The translations under genes were made by a program, and so were the position numbers. Shown here in pieces: positions 10,876 to 20,790 of a stretch of DNA of 32,000 nucleotides. The notes under the pieces were generated by a model. That model ran no database searches. It was given only the letters and a program-made list of their open reading frames with translations, and had not been told where the DNA came from. The stretch comes from an uncultured archaeon (lineage in GTDB: Archaea; Asgardarchaeota; Jordiarchaeia; Jordiarchaeales; Jordiarchaeaceae). The stretch is from contig CAZECW010000072.1 of assembly GCA_964510585.1 (NCBI GenBank), forward strand, positions 29,166-61,165, given 5' to 3'. Numbering within the stretch: the stretch's first letter is position 1; each line of letters opens with the position of its first letter.

Positions 10876-11430
10876 ATGAGAATACGAATTTGCCTGCCTA
10901 ACTGCGGACCGGGCATTGAGGCAGGGGTGTGGGGGAGAATGTTACTTTTAATTCTTGGTTCAGTATGGGAGTGTCCTGTAGAGAAGTGGATGGCGGTTCT
11001 GGTGTTTGTAGTAATGTGTGGGAGACAGCCTTAGAGCTGCAATGTTCTTTGTTGGAGTCGTACTGCATAATTTTCTCAGTTCCTTCTTTGGCTTTTATCG
11101 GTGGGGGGAATGCCCTCAGGCGTTTATAGCGTGGTTTACACACTCGTGCTGAAGGCTCTTCCCATTTTTACTCACTGATGTAATGAAGGGTAAAAAATTA
11201 AAATACATATTATAGAAATAGTAAAATAGTAATTATTAGAGGGAGCTGTGAGGTGAAGGAAATCTTTGCAAGAATAATTCAGAAAGGTTTTAAACGGGTT
11301 AGCTAAATATTTGTGTTGTTGATATATTTTTTAATCCGATGGTAAAGAATATTTTTCCCAAAAACTAAAGTTTATCGGTAGTAATATTTGTTGAAATGTG
11401 AAGAAAGTTTAATGTTTGGAGAAGTAAAAA

Positions 11431-12201
11431 TTGGCGGAAATAGCGGTAGTAACTAGCAACATGCGATTGTACTATAAGATTATTCATGAGCTGAGAGATG
11501 AAGGTATTCCTTTTATCAGTATGAAGCCGGGCGAAACTATTCCCTCGGAGATAAAGTGCGTCATAACTTCGGATGTTGAGAAAAATTCGACGCATCACCC
11601 AAAAATTTTAACTGTGGACGCTAAGGATACTTCCGCTATTGTGCCGAAGCTACGTTTTCTTTTAAACATGGATGATGATCCTATAACTTTGGTTACTATT
11701 GGAGTGGATCCGGGTAAAACTTATGGTTTAGCTGTGCTTGTTAATGATAATTTGGTTGATGTGTACAAAGCGTTTTCCTCAAAAAGCGCTGCCAAAATTA
11801 TTGAAAACATTTTGAAAGCTTTCCCGGCAGTTAGAAAAATTATTCGTATTGGGACAGGGTCACCGCTTTACTATAGGCAGCTTTTAGAGCTTCTAAATAA
11901 TGTGGATGCTGAGTTAGAACTTGTTAATGAATTCGAAACTTCAAGTGGGCCGCGGGCAACTAAAGACACCAAGGCAGCTTTAGCAATTGCGAAGAAAAAG
12001 GGATTTAAGCCACAGGAATTTGAAAAGTTGCAGGAGATAAAGAAAGGCACAATCAAGCATATCCAGAAAATGAGCCGTCAAGCGTCTCATGGCAGAATAA
12101 CGATTAATGAAGCTAATGCTATGAAGGTAGCGAGAGGAGAAATTAGTCTAGATTTTGCTATCGCATCACAAAAAAAGAAAGGCACGAGGAAAGATTCTTG
12201 A
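11431..12201 (+). CDS. Conserved archaeal protein with RNase H-like fold
   Basis: TIGVDPGKTYGLAV, IRIGTG, LVNEFETS and DTKAALAIA pattern; overlaps the Clp1 start by 4 nt. Confidence 0.7.
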   Translation: MAEIAVVTSNMRLYYKIIHELRDEGIPFISMKPGETIPSEIKCVITSDVEKNSTHHPKILTVDAKDTSAIVPKLRFLLNMDDDPITLVTIGVDPGKTYGLAVLVNDNLVDVYKAFSSKSAAKIIENILKAFPAVRKIIRIGTGSPLYYRQLLELLNNVDAELELVNEFETSSGPRATKDTKAALAIAKKKGFKPQEFEKLQEIKKGTIKHIQKMSRQASHGRITINEANAMKVARGEISLDFAIASQKKKGTRKDS

Positions 12202-13481
12202 AAAAGACAGTTGAGACAGGCCCAAACCAAACATTTCTCATTAAGGGTCCAGCAAAAATTGAGGTTGTTAAGGGAGAGATTTCAATACTTGAGAATATCT
12301 TAGAAAAGGAGAAGAAAATTGTTATCACCAAAGGCAAAGCACTTCCAATTAAAACCATTTCGGAAGCGGTGTTAGATGTTTATATTGATGATGAAGAAGC
12401 TATCCAACCACTTGAAGAAGCGTTTCCGAAGGAATGGACTGAAGCCACCCGCCTCTTGGATAGTTTAAAGGTACCTGCAACAATAATTATATTAGGAACT
12501 GTAGATTCTGGTAAAACATCGCTAACAACTTTTTTGGCGAACAGCGCTTTTAAAAAAGGTTTCAAAGTCGCCATAGTTGATTCGGACGTGGGGCAGAGCA
12601 GTATAGGCTTACCTTGCTTCATCAGTATGGGGATTATGGAAAAAACGGTTTCTATACTCTCTGAAGTTAAATTAAGGGAGGCTTATTTTGTTGGGTCGAA
12701 TACTCCCTCTCGGTTATTGCACAGAACACTTACGGGTATAGCGGTGATGGTGAAAAAGGCGTTAGAGAGTGGTTCAGAGATAGTTTTTATAGACACTTCT
12801 GGCTGGGTATATGGGAGGAGTGCCAGAGAGCTTAAGACATCGCTAATATTAATGTTGCAACCTACGATTCTTATTGCATTACAGAGAGGGGAGGAAATAG
12901 AGCATCTATTAGCTCCGTTCAACGGCTCTTTAAAGATTGTTAGACTCCCCGCTCCTAACACCTACAAAAGAGGGAGGGAGAGTAGAAAATTCATTAGAGA
13001 AATTCTTTATCGAAAAGGATTGGAGGATGGGCGGGATATTACTATGAGTCTGGAACAAATTAGGCTAAGATACACTTTATTTGGTTCTGGTTCTAAAGCG
13101 AGACCAGAAAGATTTGAAGAAATAAAAAAGCTACTAGGGTATACTCCTGTTTATGTTGAGGAATCCGAGGATCTGTTATATATAGTTCTACCGAACGAAG
13201 AAATTAGAATAAATAAGGATATCACAGAGTTTCTAGAGGCGAAATTAGGTAAACCAGAAGTATATCTCGTCCAAAAAAGGGATTTTGAAAACGTCTTAGT
13301 TGCCTTCCAAGACCAGAGCAATGCATTTGTTGGCACAGGCATAATCAGGGAAGTGGACTTTGAGAAACGCGAAATTACCTTCTATACTCCAGCCGAAAAA
13401 GAAAAAATAAGATTTGTACAATTAGGACAGTTAAAAGTTAGCAAAGAGGGGGAAGAGCTAGGATACACAAAAATACTTTGA
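12198..13481 (+). CDS. clp1: Clp1/Grc3/Nol9-family polynucleotide 5'-hydroxyl kinase
   Basis: GTVDSGKT P-loop, DSDVGQSSIG and IDTSGW motifs. Confidence 0.88.
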   Translation: MKKTVETGPNQTFLIKGPAKIEVVKGEISILENILEKEKKIVITKGKALPIKTISEAVLDVYIDDEEAIQPLEEAFPKEWTEATRLLDSLKVPATIIILGTVDSGKTSLTTFLANSAFKKGFKVAIVDSDVGQSSIGLPCFISMGIMEKTVSILSEVKLREAYFVGSNTPSRLLHRTLTGIAVMVKKALESGSEIVFIDTSGWVYGRSARELKTSLILMLQPTILIALQRGEEIEHLLAPFNGSLKIVRLPAPNTYKRGRESRKFIREILYRKGLEDGRDITMSLEQIRLRYTLFGSGSKARPERFEEIKKLLGYTPVYVEESEDLLYIVLPNEEIRINKDITEFLEAKLGKPEVYLVQKRDFENVLVAFQDQSNAFVGTGIIREVDFEKREITFYTPAEKEKIRFVQLGQLKVSKEGEELGYTKIL

Positions 13482-13536
13482 ACCAATCTTAGCCTTTAAA
13501 TTGCTTATGAGATGATGGGAAGAAAATGTTGTCTTT

Positions 13537-14751
13537 CTACTTTCTTCCAATCCATCCTATTTCCTTTATTGTTTCGCCTGTTTCAATAACCTCAATAGCC
13601 TTTTTCAATGCATCCTTCTGATCCTGCACCGTAACATCTCTGCCTCCAAGACCAGCTATGAATTCTAACACGTGTGGCCTTTTATCCTCTATGTATAGAG
13701 CTGCCTTGAGTTCAGATGCTGAAGCACCGCCTTTACCTGGCGAAAGGTTTCTATCTATTACGGAAATAGCTTTAACATTTTTAGCGATTCTGCGAATCTC
13801 CTCGTCTGGAAAGGGCCTAAAAACTCTCAATTTAACTGCTCCGACCCTATAGCCCTCTTCTCTTAACTCATCAACAGCTACTATAGCTTGGTCAGCCAGA
13901 GAGCCCATACATACAATAACTGCGTCTGCATCATTGCACTCATATTCTTCAACCAGGCCTCCGTGATATCTGCCGAATCTCTTTTTGAAATCTGAAGCTA
14001 CCTGTAAAATTTTCTTTTTGGCGTTTTCTTGGGCCAAGTGCATAAGATACTTAAACTCGTAAAACCAATCATCAGGATTTTGTAAATTTCCGTGAGTTAT
14101 CGGGTTATCAATGTCCACTCTTATGTGTGTGGGATTATAAGGTGGCAGGAACACATCAACCTCTTCTTGTTCTGGAATCTCTACTGGCTGAGAAGTGTGG
14201 CTAATAGTAAATCCCTCATAACAGACCATAACGGGCAAAAGAACTTCCTCATCCTCCGCAATTTTATATGCCTGTATTATTGAATCAAACGCGTCTTGAT
14301 GATTAGCACAGTAAATTTGTAACCAGCCAGTATCTCTCTGAGAAACTGAATCACCATGGTCAGCCCAAATGTTCCAAGGCGGTCCCAAAGCCCTGTTAAC
14401 TATAGCCATAACAATGGGTAAACGTGAAGCTGCTGCCCAATGAACCATCTCATGCATATAAGCCAAACCATGAGCAGAGGTCGCAGTAAACGTTCTCACC
14501 CCTGTTAGAGATGCGCCAATACAAGCAGCCAAAGCAGAATGCTCAGACTCTACCCGCACAAATCTAGCATTTAACTCCCCACTCTCAACCAAATCAGATA
14601 ATTTTTCCACAACACCAGTTTGCGGCGTTAATATCCCCAAACAAGAAGATAATCTTGTTCAGATTGGATAAGCCGCAATAACCGCAGGTCTACACAAAGC
14701 AGCCGCATATGCAGCCGCATAATTCCCAGTCGTTATTACAGTCTTCGCCAT
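13537..14751 (-). CDS. porA: 2-oxoacid:ferredoxin oxidoreductase alpha subunit interrupted by a 33-nt intron; join(14751..14664,14630..13537), 393 aa
   Basis: True ATG at 14751 overlaps the upstream stop (TAATG). MAKTVITTGNYAAAYAAALCRPAVIAAYPI is followed by an insertion with in-frame TGA, then TPQT. Downstream are ESEHSA, TATS and GLGGRD motifs. Substrate specificity is not determinable. Confidence 0.9.
14631..14663 (-). other. Candidate bulge-helix-bulge (BHB) mRNA intron, 33 nt
   Basis: Pre-mRNA GCGGC-UU-AUCC-AA^U-CUGAACAAGA-UUAUCU-UCUUGUUUGG-GGAU-AU^U-AA-C-GCCGC has a 4-bp central helix, two 3-nt bulges and flanking helices. Cutting at canonical positions restores CCA AUA ACG CCG (P-I-T-P). 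Confidence 0.88.
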
Positions 14752-15680
14752 TATGCTTCCTCCTTTTCTCTAACCAAACGCATACTTTTCTTAGGACAAA
14801 TAGATACACATATACCACAGCCCTTACAATAGGTATAGTCAATCACAGGATAACCCTCTTCGTCAACCGTCACCACATTCTCAGGGCAGAACATCCAACA
14901 CGAAAGACATTTTGAACAGGTTTCCCGGTCGTAAACTGGTTTGAAGACTCTCCACTCGCCAGTGATTCCCATGCTTGCCTTCTCGGGTTTAGAAATGGGT
15001 ATTGGCGTCAAATCCTTCCAGGTTCGAAACTGGGAAACCCTTTCGCGCCTGGAGACAGGCATGTTGCCATCAAGATACAGTTCCTTAGGCACTACCCGTT
15101 CTACAGTTTTTTCAAAAGCCACCTCGACAGCTCTAAGATTTTTCTCGTCTTGCTTGCCACTAAATGTATCACTTAAAGCCTCTAGGACAGAATCTAAACT
15201 GATTAAACCTGTGGCTTTAGCAAAAGCACCCAGCATGGGAGTGGCAGAAAGTGCTAACCCCGCTACTTCTAAACCGAACTCGATAGAAATACTGGTAGCG
15301 TCTACAGTAAAAACTTTAGCATCCTTGGGAAGTTTACCGATCTTACTGAAAATATCTGAGTTTCCTGGAGTGTTAATTACTAGAGTGCCACCAGCTTTCA
15401 AACCGTCTGTAATGTTGACCAGACCGGACTCAAAAAGACTAAAATCAACTACAATAACAATATCGGGAGTGTACACATTGGAATGAATCCGAACTGGCTC
15501 CTTTGAAAATCTTGTGAATGCCACCACGGGAGCCCCGCGCCGCTCCGCACCGAAAAATGGGAGTGACTGGACGCCCTTAAAGCCTTCGTGGAATGCTGCC
15601 TCAGCCAATATTCTAGCGGCTGTAACTGTTCCAGCGCCGCCTCTTCCATGCCATCGGATCTCGTATACTTTAGCTGGCAT
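14751..15680 (-). CDS. 2-oxoacid:ferredoxin oxidoreductase gamma-delta fusion subunit
   Basis: IRWHGRGGAG and FGAERRGAP gamma motifs, plus a C-terminal 2x[4Fe-4S] domain (CSKCLSCWMFCP, CKGCGICVSICP). GGAGGTG precedes the ATG at 15680. Confidence 0.92.
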   Translation of the reverse strand: MPAKVYEIRWHGRGGAGTVTAARILAEAAFHEGFKGVQSLPFFGAERRGAPVVAFTRFSKEPVRIHSNVYTPDIVIVVDFSLFESGLVNITDGLKAGGTLVINTPGNSDIFSKIGKLPKDAKVFTVDATSISIEFGLEVAGLALSATPMLGAFAKATGLISLDSVLEALSDTFSGKQDEKNLRAVEVAFEKTVERVVPKELYLDGNMPVSRRERVSQFRTWKDLTPIPISKPEKASMGITGEWRVFKPVYDRETCSKCLSCWMFCPENVVTVDEEGYPVIDYTYCKGCGICVSICPKKSMRLVREKEEA

Positions 15681-15816
15681 TTGCGCACCTCCAAAATGAG
15701 GTCTCCTTATCAGATTATTTGATTTACTAGCTTTACACAAACCAGTCCTTAAAACAGTTTTGGGTAATAAAATTTAACTAGTGTGAAAAAATACAAAACA
15801 GTATTACAACTTAAAA

Positions 15817-15862
15817 GTTACGCATATAAACTGCGAAACGGAATATGTAATTATTGTTACGC
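15817..15862. promoter_or_regulatory. Candidate operator between divergent oxidoreductase genes
   Basis: Imperfect palindrome GTTACGCA-N7-TGCGAAAC (15817-15839) and a second GTTACGC at 15856-15862. Confidence 0.3.
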
Positions 15863-15979
15863 ACTAACTTTTTAAGCAAAAACTCTTTTGTTTTTTACAA
15901 CTTTCAAAAATTTTCATACACTTCCGCGTTTTAGAAAGTAGGAAAAAGTTTTTTATAGCAAATAAGAGGGAACAAAAAT

Positions 15980-16891
15980 ATGTCAATAAAAGCATTACGC
16001 TCTGAAGCACCTGAAGAATATTGGTTACCGGGAAATTCTTCGTGTCAAGGCTGCGGCTCAACACTTGCCTTAAGATGGGTCTTGAAGGCATTAGGCAAAA
16101 AAACTGTTATGGTTGTACCCGCATCATGCGCAAATGTTTATGTGGGGTGGTGGCCTCGCTCATCTGCGGGTGTAACCTATTTTGATATGGCATTCGCCGC
16201 CGGCGGATCTGTTGCCTCTGGAATAGTAGCTGCACTGGATTACCTAAACAAAAAGGATATAAATGTAGTCGCATGGGTGGGCGATGGAGGAACAACAGAT
16301 ATTGGAATCCAGGCATTGAGTGGCGCCGCTGAGAGGGGTACTAATTTCATTTATATTTGCTATGATAATGAGGCGTATATGAATACTGGTACTCAGAGAA
16401 GTAGTAGTACTCCCTTGGGTGCTTGGACTACTACAACGCCTTTTGGTAAGGGACAGCAGAAAAAGAATGTTCCTATGATTATGGCAGCGCATAATATTCC
16501 TTATGTTGCAACTGCGTGCTCCAGTTATATAAAAGATCTGTATGAGAAGATAAAGAAGGCTAAGGACATAGAGGGCACTAAGTATATTCACATTTTGGCT
16601 CCCTGCCCCCCTGGTTGGCGTTTTGATACAGATTTAACGGTGGAGATCGGCAAGCTAGCGGTGGAAACTGGCATGTGGGCTCTTTACGAGATTGAGAATG
16701 GCGTATTTAGGTTAAGTAGCCCCAGCAAGCGAGTTATGGATCCATCGAAGAGAAAGCCAATACAAGAATACATTAAGCTTCAAGGTAGGTTCAAGGGAAT
16801 TACAGATGAGCAAATCCGAGAGCTTAAGAATTATGTCGATAGACAGTGGGTAAGATATGGCAAAATGGAGGAGGGCTGCCCCGTATTTTAG
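15980..16891 (+). CDS. porB: 2-oxoacid:ferredoxin oxidoreductase beta subunit
   Basis: CQGCG, GDGGTTDIG, YDNEAYMNTG and APCPPGW motifs. Confidence 0.93.
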   Translation: MSIKALRSEAPEEYWLPGNSSCQGCGSTLALRWVLKALGKKTVMVVPASCANVYVGWWPRSSAGVTYFDMAFAAGGSVASGIVAALDYLNKKDINVVAWVGDGGTTDIGIQALSGAAERGTNFIYICYDNEAYMNTGTQRSSSTPLGAWTTTTPFGKGQQKKNVPMIMAAHNIPYVATACSSYIKDLYEKIKKAKDIEGTKYIHILAPCPPGWRFDTDLTVEIGKLAVETGMWALYEIENGVFRLSSPSKRVMDPSKRKPIQEYIKLQGRFKGITDEQIRELKNYVDRQWVRYGKMEEGCPVF

Positions 16892-17120
16892 TACATCATT
16901 ATTTTTAGTTAATCTAAACTGGGCACATTTTTTGAGGTATATTTATTAATAACAATTATGTATCGGAGTCTTGTAACAAAATTTACAAATCGAACAAGTC
17001 TATCTCTTCAGTTATAATGTAGAGTTACGCCAACATTTGTGAGGTATTTGATCCTCAAATAAATCAGCGTTCCCCATACAAAAGTGAAGAAGGTTATAGT
17101 ATCGTCAGAGGTGAAATATT

Positions 17121-17393
17121 TTGTCAGATGAAAACACAATATTTATTGGAAAAAAAAGTGTTATGAGCTATGTTTTGGCCTGTGTTACACAGTTTAACAG
17201 GGGTAATAATGAAATTGTTTTGAAAGCTAGAGGAAGGTCTATTAGTCGAGCGGTTGACGTTGCAGAAATTTTACGAACCAAATTCATAACCGGTCTTAAA
17301 ATTAAGGACATTAAAATAGGTACAGAACAAATCACAGCCGCCGAAGGTGGAACTGCCAACGTTTCAGCTATAGAAATCACACTAAGCAAGTAA
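17121..17393 (+). CDS. albA: DNA/RNA-binding protein Alba
   Basis: [28 protein letters not shown] and VSAIEITL motifs; GAGGTGA upstream. Confidence 0.96.
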   Translation: MSDENTIFIGKKSVMSYVLACVTQFNRGNNEIVLKARGRSISRAVDVAEILRTKFITGLKIKDIKIGTEQITAAEGGTANVSAIEITLSK

Positions 17394-17680
17394 AAAAGCA
17401 TACAATCTGCGTTTTCGAATATCTTTTATTTTCTATAATTACTATAATTTAACACTAAATTAGGCTGGATTCAGTTCCCAAGATTACCGAAAAGTAGAAA
17501 AAGTCACTTTGGTTCTCCAAGGGAGGCGCTAGATTAGAGAAAAATAGGTAAAATAAAATTTTTGGAAGAAGAAACTACACGATCCATAACAGTTGATGTA
17601 AAAGAAAAATTGAGTATTATTGTGAATAGACGTTTGATGTTTTTGTTGGAAAAGTGTTAATTTTGGATCTGGATAGATTT

Positions 17681-18619
17681 TTATTCGTTAATGTTTTGGG
17701 TCAATTTTTCTAGAGCAATTAGCTCCTGCCATTTTTTATCCACGTAGTCTTGTATTTCCTGTATCATTTTGTCTTGGCGTTTTGGTTTGAAAAGATGTCT
17801 GAATTTACCCTGATATTTTAGATATTCTTCTACGGGTCTCTTCTTAACAATATTTTTCGTTATTTTGTACTTTCCATTTTCCACTTCGTACAGCGGCCAG
17901 TAGCGAGTGAGCACAGCCTCTCTAGCAATCTCTATTGTTAAGTCCGACTCAGTTCTCCAACCCCTAGGACATGTAGCTAAAATCAAAATGAAGGAAGGAC
18001 CTTCAACCGAAACCGCTTTACGAACCTTTCTTATGAGATCCATTGGATACGCAGGGCTCGCAGTAGCAGCGTAAGGAATTTCGTGCGCCACAACAATTTT
18101 CATAAGATCCTTCTGAAAACGAACCTTACCTGGAACCACCTTGCCAGCTGGGCTAGTCGTCGTCCATCCAAACTTGGGAGTTGCGCCACTCTGCTGGATG
18201 CCTGTATTCATGTAAGCTTCGTTAGAGTAGCAGATATATGTAAACTTATGGCCCCTCTCTAAAGCTCCGGACAGCGCCTGCAACCCAATATCATAGGTAC
18301 CTCCATCGCCTGCGATGGCTATTATGGGGTTATCTGTTTTTGGGATTTTGCCTTTCCTTTGTAAGACTTTGAGTCCTGCTTCTACACCTGCTGCAGTAGC
18401 GGCGGTGCACTCGAATGCAGTGTGTATCCAAGGCACGCTCCAAGCAGTGTAGGGGTAGGGAGTAGTCGCTACTTCAACACAGTTGGTGGCATTGACTATT
18501 ATGGGTGGTTTATCAAGGGCGATAAATACTTGTCTTAGAGCTATTGCAGCTCCACAGCCTGAGCACATTCTGTGACCAGGAGTCAAGTATTCTCGTGTGG
18601 GTAAACTTTTCAGAGACAT
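17681..18619 (-). CDS. porB: Pyruvate/2-oxoacid:ferredoxin oxidoreductase beta subunit
   Basis: GHRMCSGCG, GDGGTYDIG, NEAYMNTG and TCPRGW motifs. Confidence 0.94.
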   Translation of the reverse strand: MSLKSLPTREYLTPGHRMCSGCGAAIALRQVFIALDKPPIIVNATNCVEVATTPYPYTAWSVPWIHTAFECTAATAAGVEAGLKVLQRKGKIPKTDNPIIAIAGDGGTYDIGLQALSGALERGHKFTYICYSNEAYMNTGIQQSGATPKFGWTTTSPAGKVVPGKVRFQKDLMKIVVAHEIPYAATASPAYPMDLIRKVRKAVSVEGPSFILILATCPRGWRTESDLTIEIAREAVLTRYWPLYEVENGKYKITKNIVKKRPVEEYLKYQGKFRHLFKPKRQDKMIQEIQDYVDKKWQELIALEKLTQNINE

Positions 18620-18622
18620 TTT

Positions 18623-19834
18623 TTATCCTCCATCATATGTTACATTTATACATCCAGGCCCTCTACAGCCTACGACTCTGTAAACTGCTTCGATTTTGTC
18701 TTCTCGCACGGCTTTGAGGAGTATTTCGACGACTTTTTCTAAATGTTCAATTCTGGTGTCTCTTCCTCCAAGACCCGTAGGAAATCCCATAACGTGTGGC
18801 CGGTTTTTAAGTTCATATAACGCAGATCTTACTTCCATACTTAGGGCCCCGCCCATTGCTCCAAAACTAATGTTTCGGTCTATAACTCCCACGACTTTTA
18901 TATCTTTTAAGGCCCCTTGGAGGTCATCTTTCGGGAAGGGGCGGAACACGCGGAGTTTTACTAAACCCACCTTTTTTCCACTTTTTCGTAGTTTGTCCAC
19001 TGTTTCTTGAGCTGTTCCCGCCAGCGAACCTATAGCTAGTAATGCGACTTCTGCATCTTCCATTTGATATGATGAAACTGTTTCGTAATTTGTGTTGAAT
19101 CTGTTATTAAAATCATCAAAGACCTCTTTGATAACTTTTAGGGAATTTTGTGTGGCTACTTCTTGTTGCACTTTGATTTCAGGATAGTATTCAGGTACTC
19201 CAACACAACCAACCGTAACTGGTTTTTCCACACTTATTGGAAACTGCATTTTTCTGGGGGGTAGAAAATCGTCTATGTCTTTTTGCTCTAAGAGTTCTAC
19301 TCCCTCGGTTGCGTGGCTTACGACAAAGCCATCGTGACAGGACATTACGGGCAGCTGAACATTTTTGTCCTCTGCTATTTTGAATGCTTGCATAATAGTG
19401 TGATATGATTCTTGGGCGTTTTGGTTGTAGATTTGTATCCACCCCGAGTCTCTGACCCCCATAGTGTCACTCATATCATTCCAGATATTTAGGGGGCTGT
19501 TAAGTGCCCTATTAGATACTGCCATGACTATCGGTAGTCTAAAGGAAGAAGCAACAAATAACATTTCGAACATGAGAGCAATACCTTGGGAGGCCGAGGC
19601 GGTAAATACTCTAGCCCCAGAGAGAGAAGCCCCGATACACGCAGCCATCGCGGAATGTTCGGACTCCGCAGCGATAAGCTCAGCATCGATTTCGCCATCG
19701 GCGTAAAACTGTGCTAGTTCTTCGACAATTTGTGTTTGGGGAGTTATAGGATACATAGCTATTACATCGGGGTTGCACTGTTTTACCGCGTGTGCCACAG
19801 CTTCATTGCCAGTTAATGCGACAAGTTTTCCCAT
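18623..19834 (-). CDS. porA: Pyruvate/2-oxoacid:ferredoxin oxidoreductase alpha subunit (uninterrupted)
   Basis: GNEAVA, YPITPQT, ESEHSA, FRPFP and GLGGRD motifs. Confidence 0.95.
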   Translation of the reverse strand: MGKLVALTGNEAVAHAVKQCNPDVIAMYPITPQTQIVEELAQFYADGEIDAELIAAESEHSAMAACIGASLSGARVFTASASQGIALMFEMLFVASSFRLPIVMAVSNRALNSPLNIWNDMSDTMGVRDSGWIQIYNQNAQESYHTIMQAFKIAEDKNVQLPVMSCHDGFVVSHATEGVELLEQKDIDDFLPPRKMQFPISVEKPVTVGCVGVPEYYPEIKVQQEVATQNSLKVIKEVFDDFNNRFNTNYETVSSYQMEDAEVALLAIGSLAGTAQETVDKLRKSGKKVGLVKLRVFRPFPKDDLQGALKDIKVVGVIDRNISFGAMGGALSMEVRSALYELKNRPHVMGFPTGLGGRDTRIEHLEKVVEILLKAVREDKIEAVYRVVGCRGPGCINVTYDGG

Positions 19835-19835
19835 C

Positions 19836-20126
19836 CTATTCCTCCTCCATTTCTATTGCTTTTGCAGGACACTCTCTTGAGCATATTCCGCACCCTTTAC
19901 AGTAAAAGTAATTAATTTTAACCCCTTTTTCTTCTCTTTCTATTGCTCCTTCAGGGCAGTAAATCCAGCATAGGAGACAGTTGTTGCATTTGTCTTCTTT
20001 TATTACTGGTTTTTTTCCTTCTCTCCAGTCGCCGGTTCTGTATTCTCTAGCGTTGCCCGGTTCTGTAATGTATCCTCCTATGGGAAGCTCATTCCAGGCT
20101 AAGAGTTTCTTTTTGGATTTACTCAA
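19836..20126 (-). CDS. porD: Oxidoreductase delta subunit (2x[4Fe-4S])
   Basis: TGDWR, CNNCLLCWIYCP and CKGCGICSRECP motifs. Confidence 0.94.
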   Translation of the reverse strand: MSKSKKKLLAWNELPIGGYITEPGNAREYRTGDWREGKKPVIKEDKCNNCLLCWIYCPEGAIEREEKGVKINYFYCKGCGICSRECPAKAIEMEEE

Positions 20127-20680
20127 CTTATTTTAACCTCCTTGTATGCTCTCATTATCGCATCTATGTTTTTTTCTGCTAAATCTTGTTCGAACATTTC
20201 TCTAGTTATTTTGTTAATAGTATCTAAACTTACGACTCCGGTTGTTTTTGCTAAGGCTCCCAAGATTGGCGTATTGGTTATAGCTACACCTAGAGTTTCT
20301 AAAGCAATTTTGGTTGCGTTAACTGTTGCCACTTTGTTGTTAACCTTTAACTCAGATTTTAATTCATCGGGGCTTTTATCGATGTTCACAATTATGACTC
20401 CATCCTTCTTTAGCCCTTCTGTAACATTTTCAACCTTTATTAATGTTGGATCTAGTACAACGACAATATCTGGCTCGTAAATCTGAGATCTGCTGAGTAT
20501 TGGTTTGTTACTTATCTTGGCGAATGCCTTTATTGGCGCCCCTTTTCTCTCTGCTCCGAATGCCGGGAATGACTGAACGTTTTTCCCTTCCTTTAAAGCA
20601 GCCTCTGCAACGAGTCTACTGGCGGTCACAACGCCTTGTCCTCCTCTTCCGTGGAATCTAATTTCTACGATATCCTTCAA
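20123..20680 (-). CDS. porG: Oxidoreductase gamma subunit
   Basis: IRFHGRGGQG and FGAERKGAP motifs; canonical gamma-delta-alpha-beta operon order. Confidence 0.95.
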   Translation of the reverse strand: MKDIVEIRFHGRGGQGVVTASRLVAEAALKEGKNVQSFPAFGAERKGAPIKAFAKISNKPILSRSQIYEPDIVVVLDPTLIKVENVTEGLKKDGVIIVNIDKSPDELKSELKVNNKVATVNATKIALETLGVAITNTPILGALAKTTGVVSLDTINKITREMFEQDLAEKNIDAIMRAYKEVKIS

Positions 20681-20790
20681 AGGGAATCCTCCAAAATTCT
20701 TTATGTTCGTTCTTGGTGTTGTTTACTCGATAGTTAATGTTTCCTCGAGATTGCTACTCTCCTCTAAGTGAATTAAAAGTGTGAGTTAAT

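Noticed and set aside
13537-14640. ORF-track start at TTG 14640 as the real alpha start
   Set aside because: It lies inside the intron and omits the conserved N-terminal GNYAAA...YPI segment.
14631-14663. In-frame UGA read as selenocysteine or read-through
   Set aside because: It would leave 11 extra residues inside the conserved YPITP motif, whereas the BHB removes the insert precisely.
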